Below are positions 16,908 through 27,578 of a stretch of 64,000 bases of DNA, piece by piece. The position numbers and the translations under genes are program-made. Below the pieces are notes generated by a model. It was not told the origin of the DNA. It ran no database searches and saw nothing but the letters and a program-made list of their open reading frames with translations. Position 1 is the stretch's first letter, and each line of letters begins with the position of its first letter. Source of the stretch: Candidatus Omnitrophota bacterium (GTDB taxonomy: Bacteria > Omnitrophota > Gorgyraeia > Zapsychrales > Zapsychraceae). Location of the stretch: positions 4,041-68,040 of the forward strand of contig JAIORP010000171.1 in assembly GCA_021108075.1 (NCBI GenBank), given 5' to 3'.

Positions 16908-18265
16908 AAACTGGTCTCCGGGACGGTTTTCATAATTTTCTCAAGAAAATGTGTTGACACTTTCCCATCTAAAAACAATTGGTGTTTGAGAATATCGAGG
17001 TGGAGCGGAATTGTCGTCTTGATAGGACTAATATAAAACTCTTCCAACGCGCGGGTCATAATGGCAATGGCCTCGGTGCGGTCTTTCCCGTAAGTGATTA
17101 ACTTTGCCACCATGGAGTCATAGTACGGGCTAATCACATACCCGGAATAAATATGTGTGTCTAAACGGACACCAAATCCGCCGGGCAGATTCAACTCTTC
17201 GATTTTGCCTGGAGAAGGCATAAAATTGTTTGCCGGATCTTCGGCATTAATGCGGCACTCAATCGCTGCGCCCTCAATCACAATGTCTTCTTGCTTTAAT
17301 GTCATCTTTTGGCCCGCGGCAACTTTTATCTGCTCTTTAACCAAATCTATCCCGGTCACCATCTCTGTTACAGGATGCTCGACTTGAATACGGGTATTCA
17401 TTTCCATAAAATAAAACTCTCCGGAGCTGTTCAACAAAAACTCAATTGTTCCAACACCACGGTAATCAACAGCCTTGGACGCCTTGATGGCAACCTCGCC
17501 CATTTTTTTTCTTAATCGGGAAGTCAATGCTGGCGATGGAGCTTCCTCTAATAATTTCTGATGACGCCGCTGGATGCTACAGTCCCGTTCCCCTAAATGG
17601 ATGACATTGCCATAGTTATCGGCGAGGATCTGAAATTCGATATGACGCGGGTCAAGAATATACTTCTCGATATAAACATCTGAATTTCCAAAATTGGCTT
17701 CGGCTTCATTCTTCGCCATGATGTAGGAACTGATCAACGTCATATCATTATGACAGACCCGCAGCCCTTTACCACCACCTCCCGCAGCGGCCTTGATAAT
17801 AACAGGATATTTAATTTTCTTAGCAACATCTAAAGCCTCGGACTTATCCTTGATAACACCTCTTCCCCCCGGGGTCTGTGGCACACCTGTTTTTTGCATG
17901 GTCTGCTTGGCTACCACCTTATCTCCCATGGCACGAATTGTTTCTGGCTTTGGGCCGATAAATGTAATATTGCATGACTCACAAATCTCTGCAAAATGAG
18001 CGTTCTCAGCTAAAAAGCCATACCCGGGATGAATCGCTTCAACATCCGTGATCTCCGCCGCTGAAATGATAGCGGGAATATTTAAATAACTGTCCAAGCT
18101 TGATGCTGGCCCGATACAAAGAGCTTCATCCGCAAAACGGGCATGCAATGAATTCCGGTCTGGTTCAGAAAAGATCGCGACCGTGCGGATATTTAATTCC
18201 CGACAGGCGCGGATAATTCTTAAAGCGATTTCACCACGATTAGCAATTAATATTTTTGAAAACAT
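16904..18265 (-). CDS. accC: Acetyl-CoA carboxylase biotin carboxylase
   Basis: [44 protein letters not shown]. Confidence 0.97.
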   Translation of the reverse strand: MFSKILIANRGEIALRIIRACRELNIRTVAIFSEPDRNSLHARFADEALCIGPASSLDSYLNIPAIISAAEITDVEAIHPGYGFLAENAHFAEICESCNITFIGPKPETIRAMGDKVVAKQTMQKTGVPQTPGGRGVIKDKSEALDVAKKIKYPVIIKAAAGGGGKGLRVCHNDMTLISSYIMAKNEAEANFGNSDVYIEKYILDPRHIEFQILADNYGNVIHLGERDCSIQRRHQKLLEEAPSPALTSRLRKKMGEVAIKASKAVDYRGVGTIEFLLNSSGEFYFMEMNTRIQVEHPVTEMVTGIDLVKEQIKVAAGQKMTLKQEDIVIEGAAIECRINAEDPANNFMPSPGKIEELNLPGGFGVRLDTHIYSGYVISPYYDSMVAKLITYGKDRTEAIAIMTRALEEFYISPIKTTIPLHLDILKHQLFLDGKVSTHFLEKIMKTVPETSL

Positions 18266-18307
18266 AGAGTTTATTCGTCCCTTCCAGATATTACGAGCTT
18301 AAAATTA

Positions 18308-18778
18308 TTATAAAGGTTCAATCAAAAACAATGTCTGACCAAATTCGATTGGTTGCGCATTCTCAATAGGGATCTCGACAATCTTCCCGCGAACTTCTGC
18401 TTTTATTTCATTCATCAATTTCATCGCTTCCAGAATGCATACAACCTGCCCCTCTTCCACCACCTGGCCAACTTCAATATAAGGCGGTGAATCCGGTGAG
18501 GGTGCCCGGTAAAAAGTTCCCACCATAGGAGCCTTTAACTCGACACAATTGGAGTTTACGTCCGGGGCGGACTGAGAAACATCTGCCCCTGACGAAACGA
18601 ATTGATTAACAGGAGCAACCTGGTAAGCAGGTGGTTGTTGAATCGGTATCATCTGTACGGACGCTTCATCATGACCTTTTTTTAATTTAATTTTTACGCC
18701 TTCTCTTTCAATCTCAAGTTCCGTAATATTATTATCATTCATGAGATTAACCATTTCACGCAATTCTTTTAAATTCAT
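18308..18778 (-). CDS. accB: Biotin carboxyl carrier protein
   Basis: PMVGTFYRAP and EAMKLMNEI biotinylation motif. Confidence 0.97.
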   Translation of the reverse strand: MNLKELREMVNLMNDNNITELEIEREGVKIKLKKGHDEASVQMIPIQQPPAYQVAPVNQFVSSGADVSQSAPDVNSNCVELKAPMVGTFYRAPSPDSPPYIEVGQVVEEGQVVCILEAMKLMNEIKAEVRGKIVEIPIENAQPIEFGQTLFLIEPL

Positions 18779-19341
18779 TTTTTTACCCTTTCAACATATT
18801 CTCCGGTTCGAGTATCAATTTTTATCATATCCTCTATTTCAATAAATAAAGGCACTTGAATTGTCGCATCTGTTTCAATTGTAGCAGGTTTTGTTCCCGC
18901 ACGGGACGTATCGCCCTTGAATCCCGGTTCTGTATGCGTAATTTCCATTTCAACAAAAGTCGGCAAAATAACTTTGAGAACCTTTTCATTTAAAGAAAGG
19001 GCCTCAATTTCTAAATTTTCTTTTAAAAATTTGACATTATCACCTAATATGTCTTCGGTGACAACAACTTCTTCATACGTCGTGTAATCCATAAAATGAT
19101 ACCCATCCCCGCTGCGGTAAAGGTTCTGCAACTTCCTTTCCTCTAAAGGAACATCATCTAATTTGTCAGCTGTTTTATACGTCCGTTCAACAACCTGATC
19201 TGTCTTTATATTTTTTAATTTAATGCGAACAAACGCGCTGCCCTTGCCCGGTTTGACATGTTGATAATCCGTCACCAGGTACAGGTTGCCATCAACGTTT
19301 AAGGCGATGCCCGAAGCAACTTGATTAATAGATATCGTCAC
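18775..19341 (-). CDS. efp: Elongation factor P
   Basis: HVKPGKGSAF, PGFKGDT, KIDTRTGEY. Confidence 0.97.
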   Translation of the reverse strand: MTISINQVASGIALNVDGNLYLVTDYQHVKPGKGSAFVRIKLKNIKTDQVVERTYKTADKLDDVPLEERKLQNLYRSGDGYHFMDYTTYEEVVVTEDILGDNVKFLKENLEIEALSLNEKVLKVILPTFVEMEITHTEPGFKGDTSRAGTKPATIETDATIQVPLFIEIEDMIKIDTRTGEYVERVKK

Positions 19342-20374
19342 TTAACACCTCACAATCTTCTTTATGGACTAAAATCATATCTTCAATTCGAAGGCCATAT
19401 TTCAGGGGGACATAAACACCTGGTTCAATGGTGATAATCATCCCTTCTTTCAGGATGGATTGATTTCTTTGTGATACTCGAGGACTTTCATGAACATCTA
19501 AACCAACGCCATGACCAAGGGCATGCGTAAAATAACGGGATAACCGGCCCGCCTCCAATACATTTCGTGCTTCACGGTCAATATCAGCAACCGCCGTGCC
19601 CGCTTGAATTTTGCTGATAGCTGCTCGTTGTGCTGTCCTAAGAATTTGATATGCCCTTAAAATTATTTGGGGTATTTTACCCAAAAAAAACATACGTGTC
19701 AAGTCGGTCTTATAGCCATTCAGGTCTATTCCCCAATCAACCAGGACCCAATCATCTCGTCGACAAACTCGATCTGTGACCCGGGCATGCGGCAAACAGG
19801 CATTCGGGCCGGAAGCCACGATCGTGTCAAAAGATAAAGCGCCCCCCTTTGATCTGATAAACGCCTCCAGTTTCCTGGAAATCTCTCTTTCAGTCAGGCC
19901 AGGTTTGATCGTTTTCTTTAAATATTGCCATGATTTCTTATGGAGTTGAAGCCCTTGACGAATATGAGAGACTTCGAGGGCTGTCTTAATCTCACGCAAA
20001 TGTTCGATGAGACTATTCTTTTCTACGAGTTTCATCCCCTTCAATTCCCGGCGCATCTTCTTATATCCCGAATAGGTTAAGTGATTCCCATCAAAGCCCA
20101 AAGACGTTAACTGATGCTTTTCTAACAGCTGATGCACCATCGCCTCTCTCGAATCCTTCCATTCTTTCACAGAAATTCCAGCCAATCCCTGCCGGGCTTC
20201 TGTGGTATAACGCGCATCCGTAATATAATATGTCTTGGGAGGAACTAACAATAACCAGGAATCACTTGAAGAGAAGTCAGTCAAATAGGTGATATTAAGA
20301 GGGCGCGTTACCAGATAAGCCGATATCTTATTTTTATGTAAAGATTGAATGAATCGTTTTATTTTTTGCGTCAT
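19325..20374 (-). CDS. Xaa-Pro aminopeptidase (M24B)
   Basis: TDARY, D.G....GY.TD.TR, HALGHGVGLDVHE, TIEPG, RIED. Start moved to ATG 20374. Confidence 0.92.
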   Translation of the reverse strand: MTQKIKRFIQSLHKNKISAYLVTRPLNITYLTDFSSSDSWLLLVPPKTYYITDARYTTEARQGLAGISVKEWKDSREAMVHQLLEKHQLTSLGFDGNHLTYSGYKKMRRELKGMKLVEKNSLIEHLREIKTALEVSHIRQGLQLHKKSWQYLKKTIKPGLTEREISRKLEAFIRSKGGALSFDTIVASGPNACLPHARVTDRVCRRDDWVLVDWGIDLNGYKTDLTRMFFLGKIPQIILRAYQILRTAQRAAISKIQAGTAVADIDREARNVLEAGRLSRYFTHALGHGVGLDVHESPRVSQRNQSILKEGMIITIEPGVYVPLKYGLRIEDMILVHKEDCEVLSDDIY

Positions 20375-20436
20375 AATTGAGCGGGTGTATAAGGATAAAT
20401 AATACCTATCATCAATCGTGCACGCGCCTTCACCGA

Positions 20437-20877
20437 TCAAGTGTTGGTGATATCGCTCGACGCCTGCAGGGCTAACAAATAACTATCGGCTCCGAAACCA
20501 CTGATCTGTCCATAACAGACAGGTGCGATTAAAGAGGTGTGGCGAAATTCCTCACGCGAATGAATATTGGACAAATGGACTTCAATCGCAGGGATCTCTA
20601 CTGCAGCCACTGCATCCCGGATAGCGATACTTGTGTGGGTATATGCGGCCGGGTTAATAATGAGAACCGCTATGTCTTCGTCCTTCACTCTTCCAATCTT
20701 ATCAACGATTTCGCCTTCATGATTCGATTGAAAGACACTTAAATCCATACCGTATTCTTGCGCCTTATCGCGCAACATCGCATTGATCTGATCCAACGTT
20801 AAATCGCCATATATATCGGTTTCTCTCTGGCCTAACAATTGAAGATTAGGGCCATGAATGACAAGAACTTTTTTCAT
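20437..20877 (-). CDS. aroQ: Type II 3-dehydroquinate dehydratase
   Basis: [42 protein letters not shown] before ATG 20877. Confidence 0.97.
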   Translation of the reverse strand: MKKVLVIHGPNLQLLGQRETDIYGDLTLDQINAMLRDKAQEYGMDLSVFQSNHEGEIVDKIGRVKDEDIAVLIINPAAYTHTSIAIRDAVAAVEIPAIEVHLSNIHSREEFRHTSLIAPVCYGQISGFGADSYLLALQASSDITNT

Positions 20878-20907
20878 CTTTTTATCTCCTGACAACGGTC
20901 GCTGCGC

Positions 20908-21063
20908 TTACTTTTCAGCCTGATCAATCAACATAATGGGAATGTCATCTTTAATCGGATATTTGAGGCCACACTGCTGACACACGATTTTATCTTCTTT
21001 CTCGACGACATCACCTTTACACGATGGACAAGCGAGGATGTCCAATAATGCCCGGTCAATCAT
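20908..21063 (-). CDS. Trm112/YcaR-family small protein
   Basis: Manual translation: MIDRALLDILACPSCKGDV...CQQCGLKYPIKDDIPIML (51 aa). Confidence 0.9.
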   Translation of the reverse strand: MIDRALLDILACPSCKGDVVEKEDKIVCQQCGLKYPIKDDIPIMLIDQAEK

Positions 21064-21326
21064 TATTCCATTCCTCCTGCGATTCGATTATACTTTCCTG
21101 ACAATTCTTCAACGGATGCATCCAACAAATGACATTCCGCATACGATAAATTCCCTTTTGTTTTATCCTGCAAGACAACCAGCGTGTCAATTAACAACTT
21201 CGCTTGCTTCAAATTCTGTTCAAGTCTCTGCGAGACAGGACTGGGAATTTCACCTAAAAAAACCATAGCCTGAAGGCCCAAACTCGTTAAATAATTGATA
21301 AATGTCAGATCAGAAGATTCCTTCAT
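21063..21326 (-). CDS. DUF1844-family protein
   Basis: QAMVFLGEIP.P, AKLLIDTL..LQ.KTKGNL...E. Confidence 0.85.
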   Translation of the reverse strand: MKESSDLTFINYLTSLGLQAMVFLGEIPSPVSQRLEQNLKQAKLLIDTLVVLQDKTKGNLSYAECHLLDASVEELSGKYNRIAGGME

Positions 21327-21494
21327 ATTTTTAGATATTATATATAAATATTAATATTAGTAAGTTAACATTTACGGCATATTTTTGCAACACTTAAATC
21401 TATTGAGTCCGTTTCTCCGTCCCCAGAAGATATATTCTGCCATAAATCCCCATCAGACATGTGACTGTTGAATGATGTTGGTCTTCATTGCCGT

Positions 21495-22208
21495 TTACTG
21501 ACTCACTTCAAAAATAATTTCAATATTGAAAGAAAGTTCAGGATAATTAAGGACTTCCGGTAGTGGCGGGATCGTATTCTTAATATCATTGATACTTCTT
21601 AAGGCAAGTCTCTGAACACCGACATCAGCACGTGTTTTTTCAGGCACAACTCTGACAGCCTTTAAACGACCGCGAGAACTCACAAGAAAAGAAACATGAA
21701 CTTCTCCGGCTGAAAAATCAGGATGATTAGTATATTTATAGGCTTGTTTGATAATTTTTTGCCGCAGGTTACTGATGTATTTCAGGTAATCAGGATTAAC
21801 GATTTTTTCAGCCCGTACAGAGGGAATAGCCATCTGCCGCTTGCTCTCAAACGTTTCTATCTTGGGCATGTATATTTTTTTAGAGAACTTGACCTTTTCT
21901 TTTAATTTCGAAACGTCTTTGACCTTATGATTCTTCAAAGACGCGAAAGGGCTTTGTTGCCGGGACATGATATCCACTTTAAGAACATCCTTTTTTTTCT
22001 CTTTCACAATCTTAATGTCCTTGTATTTCTCATTGCTCTGCGGGGAATGTTTCACCTCCGGCGCGCTACTATAATAAACGACTTCCATCGATTTTACCGG
22101 CTGCCTCGTCTCTCTGGCCTCCGCCCTGGAAAAATATGCAATAAAACCGACGTGAAGCATCAAGGAAACCAAAATAGCACTGCGAAATATAATATCACCC
22201 ATATTCAT
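21495..22208 (-). CDS. TonB/TolA-like protein (N-terminal TM, C-terminal TonB-type domain)
   Basis: TM with S..LH, a charged linker, and C-terminal Y...I...G.V.VSF.V...G....PPLP. Confidence 0.7.
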   Translation of the reverse strand: MNMGDIIFRSAILVSLMLHVGFIAYFSRAEARETRQPVKSMEVVYYSSAPEVKHSPQSNEKYKDIKIVKEKKKDVLKVDIMSRQQSPFASLKNHKVKDVSKLKEKVKFSKKIYMPKIETFESKRQMAIPSVRAEKIVNPDYLKYISNLRQKIIKQAYKYTNHPDFSAGEVHVSFLVSSRGRLKAVRVVPEKTRADVGVQRLALRSINDIKNTIPPLPEVLNYPELSFNIEIIFEVSQ

Positions 22209-22257
22209 GCCCTGTCCACGAATCGATCCATGTTTAACCTTAAATTTATTATAAATC

Positions 22258-22923
22258 TTATTTTGAAAATAGCTCTTTTAAAAAATAAATAATAAAGCGG
22301 TACGTATCTATTACCGGATTAATCTTACTCTTTTCATTGCGATAAATTGTCTCAACCGGGACAGATAAGACCGAAAATTTCTTCTTACTGGCCTTCATCA
22401 ACATTTCTGTCTCGATCTCATAACTGTTGCAGGTCAAAGACAAATCTTTCAGGACCGAGATACCGATGTAACGATAACCACACTGGGTATCCGGGATGGC
22501 TTGTCTACACGCCAAAGAAATGAGAAGCGACATTAAGCGATTGGTCATAGATCGCACAAATGGCATTTCTTTCGCCTGTGCCATCCGGTTGCCGTTAATC
22601 ATCACCTGCGGATTCTGCTCTGCGAGCTGAATAAAATTATCCACGTCAGATACCGCGTGTTGCCCGTCAGAGTCCATAACAATGACACCGTCATAATCAA
22701 GTGAAATGATGTGAGCAAATCCCTTACGCAGGGAAAAACCTTTACCGCTCTTTTGGGGGTTGTCAATGACATTTGCGCCGGCTTCACGCGCTATCTGCCC
22801 ACTGTTATCTATAGAGCCGTCATTGACAACAAAGACGTCGAGTTGTTTCTCCCTTAAAGACCGCACCAAAGGCCCAATTGTTTTTGATTCATTATAAGCT
22901 GGCAATAAGATACAAACTTTCAT
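22258..22923 (-). CDS. GT2 glycosyltransferase (DPM1-like)
   Basis: LPAYNE, VNDGS.D, MDSDGQH, DTQCGYR. ATG 22923 overlaps the upstream stop. Confidence 0.92.
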   Translation of the reverse strand: MKVCILLPAYNESKTIGPLVRSLREKQLDVFVVNDGSIDNSGQIAREAGANVIDNPQKSGKGFSLRKGFAHIISLDYDGVIVMDSDGQHAVSDVDNFIQLAEQNPQVMINGNRMAQAKEMPFVRSMTNRLMSLLISLACRQAIPDTQCGYRYIGISVLKDLSLTCNSYEIETEMLMKASKKKFSVLSVPVETIYRNEKSKINPVIDTYRFIIYFLKELFSK

Positions 22924-23780
22924 GTCACCCAAAACCTTCTGAACATAATCCATTGTCCAGGGTATTGACGGATTTTATCTTCCATTATTGTAATGTATTT
23001 CTCCATAATTTCGATCATATAAGTGCTTTCTTGATTTTGCGGTTTTTTTTCGGGAAAAATCGGTTTTTCGATGATCAACTGAAATTTCGCGTTGTCTTTT
23101 CTAATCAAAAATACTGGAATGATCGGGGCCCCGGTTTTCACGGAAAAAGCCGCAGGACCTTTAGGGACGACTGTTTGACGGCCAAAAACTTTCAGGACCT
23201 CACCTTTATTGCTAAAATCTCTATCCGCAACAAGAGCGATTAATGTATTTTTCTTTAAAGCGGAAATACATCGACGAACGGCCGTGTTCGACGGCACGAC
23301 GGTTAAGCCTTTACCGGCTCTCTTCTTATTAAAAAAATTATTAACGGATTCTTCTTTATGCGGCAACGCAATGACGGTCAAAGGGTAACCTAATACCCCG
23401 AGCAAAGCACCGCCCAACTCCCAATTTCCGATATGCGCCGTCAAAATGATTCCACCTTTTCCTCGCGCTAAGGCTTCCTCAATGTATTTTAAATTCTGGA
23501 TCTGAACATTCTTTTCGATATAATTTTCTTTCAACATGCGTTCAACAAGAAAAAACTCAAGCAGGTATTGCCCAAAACCGCGAAAAACTTCGCGAACGGG
23601 CAAATTGACCTTATCTTCCCAGGGTAAAATACAGGTCAGGTTCTCGGTCACAGCCCGACGATCAATAATTGAGAACGCATATTTCACATCGCAAATAAAC
23701 CTTGCGATCAACCGAGAAACCCGCATAGGAAGTATATCCACAAAAAACTGTCCAAGACAAAAAAGAAAATATTTAAACAT
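22920..23780 (-). CDS. LpxL/HtrB/PatA-like lysophospholipid acyltransferase
   Basis: TAHIGNWE, ADR, FG.....PKGPA, YPGQW..F. Confidence 0.88.
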   Translation of the reverse strand: MFKYFLFCLGQFFVDILPMRVSRLIARFICDVKYAFSIIDRRAVTENLTCILPWEDKVNLPVREVFRGFGQYLLEFFLVERMLKENYIEKNVQIQNLKYIEEALARGKGGIILTAHIGNWELGGALLGVLGYPLTVIALPHKEESVNNFFNKKRAGKGLTVVPSNTAVRRCISALKKNTLIALVADRDFSNKGEVLKVFGRQTVVPKGPAAFSVKTGAPIIPVFLIRKDNAKFQLIIEKPIFPEKKPQNQESTYMIEIMEKYITIMEDKIRQYPGQWIMFRRFWVT

Positions 23781-23966
23781 AAAGCTGAAAGATGTTCGCT
23801 TCCTTTTCAACGCATCGATCTTGTACCCAATAAAAAAGAAGGCCCTTTAGTGACAGCCACCCCCTATAATGCGTTATATTTTATAATTATTTCCGACAAC
23901 AACCTTTAAAGGTGATCAACGAATGTCTGAATTTATCTTCTAATAGAGCGGATGTCCCGCGAAGAA

Positions 23967-25112
23967 TCAGGCAATATGATCTAAAATTAATTCAGCGATA
24001 TCCATCGCCGCATGTGGCCGGGCATTTTTGAAAGCGGCCTTCGACATGTCAACCAATCGATTGGGAGACTTTAGCAAAATATCGATCTCTTCGCCTATAT
24101 CACTGGTATCATCGACGCGGATACCGATACCCTGCTTAATAAGAAAATCCGTATTCCGCATTTCCTGACCGGGGATGGGATTGACAATGATCATCGGAAC
24201 TCCCTTGGCTAAAGACTCTGCGGTGGTCATCCCGCCTGGCTTTGTGATAATCAATGTCGAAGTCTCCATCAATTCATCAACATTCTTGGCGTATTCCATG
24301 ATTAAAATTTTTTTGCTCGATTTCCTTGCAACTTTTAAAAGACCATTCTGAATCTTTTTATTCACGCCCGTTAAAACGATCATCTGACACGATGTTTTAA
24401 TCTTACTTAAAGATTTCACAATCCCTTTGATGGGACCCAGGCCCTGGCCGCCGCCCATAACGAGTAAAGTTGGGACATGAGCATCTAATCCCAAATTTTC
24501 AGCAATAGGCTTCTTATCAAGTTGAGCGGCAAAAGACATTCGGATAGGTATTCCATAAACTTTAATCTTATCTGGATGAACGCCTTTTTGAATAAACCGT
24601 TCTTTTGCCTCAATGGATGGAACGATGTAATAATCAACGCCATCATTGATCCAAAAAGAATGTGGCGAGAAATCTGTTAAAACACCGACGAGTAAAATTT
24701 TCAGCCCGTACGCTTTCTTATAGTCAGCAACCATACCACACGGGAAAGCCTGCGTGCAAACAACCGCATCCGGATGATGCCGATTAAATAATTTTTTGAT
24801 CTTTTCGTGACTGGTCTTATGCAAAAAATTCTTAATGGATTGAGACTTTTTGACCACCCGGGGATTATCGTAAATAAAGTCCCAAACTTTCGGAGTGCGT
24901 TTGATCACACTCATGTAGGCCTTATTAACTATTTTCTCCAGGACAGGGTATGTATACCCAAATCCATTAACGGCAGGCACATCTAAGTCCGGACTTATTT
25001 GCTTTAAGCACTTTTGGATGGCTACCGTCGCCTGGCGATGTCCAGAGACTCGCGTTATATACATTAAAAGGATTCTTTTTTTATTTAACTTCTTTTGAGG
25101 ATTCATCATCAA
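23967..25112 (-). CDS. MGDG synthase/UgtP-like GT28 diacylglycerol glycosyltransferase
   Basis: SGHRQA, VLTDF..H..W, GIPIR, MGGGQGLG, TKPGG.T..E, PIPGQE..N. Confidence 0.9.
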   Translation of the reverse strand: MMMNPQKKLNKKRILLMYITRVSGHRQATVAIQKCLKQISPDLDVPAVNGFGYTYPVLEKIVNKAYMSVIKRTPKVWDFIYDNPRVVKKSQSIKNFLHKTSHEKIKKLFNRHHPDAVVCTQAFPCGMVADYKKAYGLKILLVGVLTDFSPHSFWINDGVDYYIVPSIEAKERFIQKGVHPDKIKVYGIPIRMSFAAQLDKKPIAENLGLDAHVPTLLVMGGGQGLGPIKGIVKSLSKIKTSCQMIVLTGVNKKIQNGLLKVARKSSKKILIMEYAKNVDELMETSTLIITKPGGMTTAESLAKGVPMIIVNPIPGQEMRNTDFLIKQGIGIRVDDTSDIGEEIDILLKSPNRLVDMSKAAFKNARPHAAMDIAELILDHIA

Positions 25113-25113
25113 T

Positions 25114-25362
25114 TTAACTCGACTCTATAACGGCCAAAGTTGCACCGACGGCCACTTCTTCTTTTTCCTTATAGCGAATTTCCTGAACGACACCTGTTTG
25201 AGGTGCCGGGACAACAAAAGAAGCCTTGTCCGTAACAACTTCAACGAAGTCATCATCCACATGGACATCTTGCCCCGGCTGCACACACCAGAGCGCAATA
25301 ATCGCCTTGGTGATCCCTTCTCCCAAGTCTGGCAACAGCACTTCTCGATTCACTTTCTTCAT
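25114..25362 (-). CDS. Stand-alone lipoyl-domain protein
   Basis: LPDLGEG, EVVTDKA (lipoyl-Lys), and V.AP..G.V; 82 aa with no other domains. Confidence 0.88.
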   Translation of the reverse strand: MKKVNREVLLPDLGEGITKAIIALWCVQPGQDVHVDDDFVEVVTDKASFVVPAPQTGVVQEIRYKEKEEVAVGATLAVIESS

Positions 25363-26031
25363 CTAAACTTTTACCGGTTGAGGCTCCCACTTCCCGAGGA
25401 TCCGAAGGTTAAATGTATTTTTAAAAAGACGAATAATATCTTGTTTGATCAAGCCGAGATCCATAACTTCTTTTGTCTGATCCGCAATCGATGTCATACT
25501 GACATCTAGTCCGCAGGGCTTAATTAAAGAATAATATCTAAGAGGAATATGCACATTCAGGCTTAAACCATGATACGTCACCCAGCACCGCACACCAATG
25601 CCAATAGAACATATTTTCCGGTTCCTGATCCAAACGCCTGTGTATCCCGCCTTTCTGCTCGCTACGAGGCCATATTGGTCCAACAATTCAATGACAACCC
25701 CTTCCAGGGCCCTTAAATACACATGCAAATCCTGGCGCCATTGCCGCAGGTCCAATATCGGATATACAATTAATTGCCCCGGGGCATGCAAAGTAACATC
25801 CCCACCCCGGTCAATGTCACAAACCATAACCCCATTCTTAGATAAAACCGAGCGGGGTGTGCGGATGTGCTCCGCTTTGCCTGAGCGACCAATTGTTATT
25901 GTCAACGGATGTTCACAAAAAAGAATGGTTGATATTTTTCTTTCAACGACATCCTTTACGGCATCCAATTGAATTTGATAGGCTTCTCGATAGGTCTTAA
26001 GGCCTAAATCAACAAAGCTACAGTCTAACAT
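25363..26031 (-). CDS. lipB: Octanoyltransferase LipB
   Basis: CEHP..T.GR, RGGDVT.HAPGQL..YP, KICSIG, HGLSLN, PCG. Confidence 0.95.
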   Translation of the reverse strand: MLDCSFVDLGLKTYREAYQIQLDAVKDVVERKISTILFCEHPLTITIGRSGKAEHIRTPRSVLSKNGVMVCDIDRGGDVTLHAPGQLIVYPILDLRQWRQDLHVYLRALEGVVIELLDQYGLVASRKAGYTGVWIRNRKICSIGIGVRCWVTYHGLSLNVHIPLRYYSLIKPCGLDVSMTSIADQTKEVMDLGLIKQDIIRLFKNTFNLRILGKWEPQPVKV

Positions 26032-26278
26032 TTATTTTTCCTTGATACGTTTTTCCTGCGCCGACAAGAAATGAATAGTATCCCTGCAACCCATTTCACT
26101 GAAGAGCGGTCATCGTCAAAACACCTCCACTGAAATAAATAAATCCATCGCATTCAAATGATCGGTCAATCAAAAAAAGTATTATGCGCCCTCATTAAAA
26201 ATATTAATGTGCATTTCTTTACATATTAATATTGAAGATATTGTATCATACTAATATTATTATCAAAATATCTATCAC

Positions 26279-26331
26279 AAAAAAAAGGCCAACTCTTTAA
26301 ATGAAAAAATAACATTAAAGATCTGACCTTT
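26279..26331 (-). terminator. Intrinsic terminator after the dehydrogenase gene
   Basis: Minus strand: AAAGGTCAGATCTTTAATG-loop-CATTTAAAGAGTTGGCC followed by T8. Confidence 0.7.
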
Positions 26332-26344
26332 GACACATAATAGA

Positions 26345-27550
26345 CTAACCTGAAATCTTATCGACTTCTTGATTCCAGGCTGATTCCAACTCAGGATTAT
26401 CAACCCAGGACAACAAATATTCCGTGTATTCCTCGCCGGTCACACCTGTATCACGACCAGTGATAACCATTTTCTTTTCAAACTGACCACAAATTTCAAG
26501 TGCCATTTCAACCTTTTTCGCACGTTGAGAATATCCAATGTGACGCAACAACATCGCTGAAGCACGAATCATGGAACATGGGTCCGCGTATTGAGCACGG
26601 CCCTCCTTAACCATCCTTGGCGCACTGCCGTGAATCGCCTCGAACATCGACCAACGCTTGCCGATATTCGCGCTACCTGCGGTCCCGACCCCGCCTTGCA
26701 GTTGCGCGGCTTCATCCGTCAGGATATCGCCATAAAGGTTAGGCATTACCATCACACGAAAATTTCTCCGACGGGCAGGATCAAGTAATTTCGCGGTCAT
26801 GATATCAATATACCATTCTTCCAACTTCACCTCAGGATACTCTTTGGCGACACGAAACGCTGTCCGTGAAAATCGTCCGTCGGTCGTCTTAACAACATTT
26901 GATTTTGTTACAACGGTCATGTGATTAATCCCATTATTCTTAGCATATTCAAAAGCCATCCGGACAATCCGTTCGGCTCCGGGTTCTGTGATGACCTTGA
27001 AATCAAAACTCAAATCATCATCAACGTCAAATCCTTTTGAACCTAACACATATGCCCCTTCGGTATTTTCACGAAAGAAAACCCAATCAATTCCTTCTTG
27101 AGGGATTTTAACTGGACGGACATTAGCAAATAAGTCTAAATATCGACGCATGGCCACGTTAGCGCTCTCGATATTCGGCCATTGGTCCCCAGCTTGCGGG
27201 GTCGTCGTAGGCCCCTTCAAGATAACATGGCACTCTTTTATTTCTTCCAAGACATCATCCGGGATCGCTTTTTTATGTGCGGCTCTATTTTCAATCGTGA
27301 GTCCGGGGATATCTTTAAAAATGACTTTCCCTTTCACGACCTCATCTTTTAGAACATATTCTAAGACAGTTTGAGCATGCCGGGAAATGATTTCTCCGAT
27401 CCCATCTCCAAAGCATAAACCAATTTTAATTTGATTGATCGTCGAATAATCCAACCAATCGTCGCCTTGCTTCATTACTTCTATTCGCTTTAATTGCTCT
27501 TCAATTAAAGCCCCGAACTTTTCTTTTGCCTGTGTTACTTTATCATTCAT
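26345..27550 (-). CDS. Isocitrate/isopropylmalate dehydrogenase family protein
   Basis: GDGIG, LKGPTTTP, SANVAMR, RENTEG.Y, NLYGDILTD, FEAIHGSAP. Confidence 0.9.
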   Translation of the reverse strand: MNDKVTQAKEKFGALIEEQLKRIEVMKQGDDWLDYSTINQIKIGLCFGDGIGEIISRHAQTVLEYVLKDEVVKGKVIFKDIPGLTIENRAAHKKAIPDDVLEEIKECHVILKGPTTTPQAGDQWPNIESANVAMRRYLDLFANVRPVKIPQEGIDWVFFRENTEGAYVLGSKGFDVDDDLSFDFKVITEPGAERIVRMAFEYAKNNGINHMTVVTKSNVVKTTDGRFSRTAFRVAKEYPEVKLEEWYIDIMTAKLLDPARRRNFRVMVMPNLYGDILTDEAAQLQGGVGTAGSANIGKRWSMFEAIHGSAPRMVKEGRAQYADPCSMIRASAMLLRHIGYSQRAKKVEMALEICGQFEKKMVITGRDTGVTGEEYTEYLLSWVDNPELESAWNQEVDKISG

Positions 27551-27578
27551 AATGACGAATTTCTCTCTTATTTAAAAA

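Noticed and set aside
22920-22953. Apparent 34-nt overlap of acyltransferase and GT2
   Set aside because: The true GT2 start is ATG 22923, giving an ordinary 4-nt overlap.
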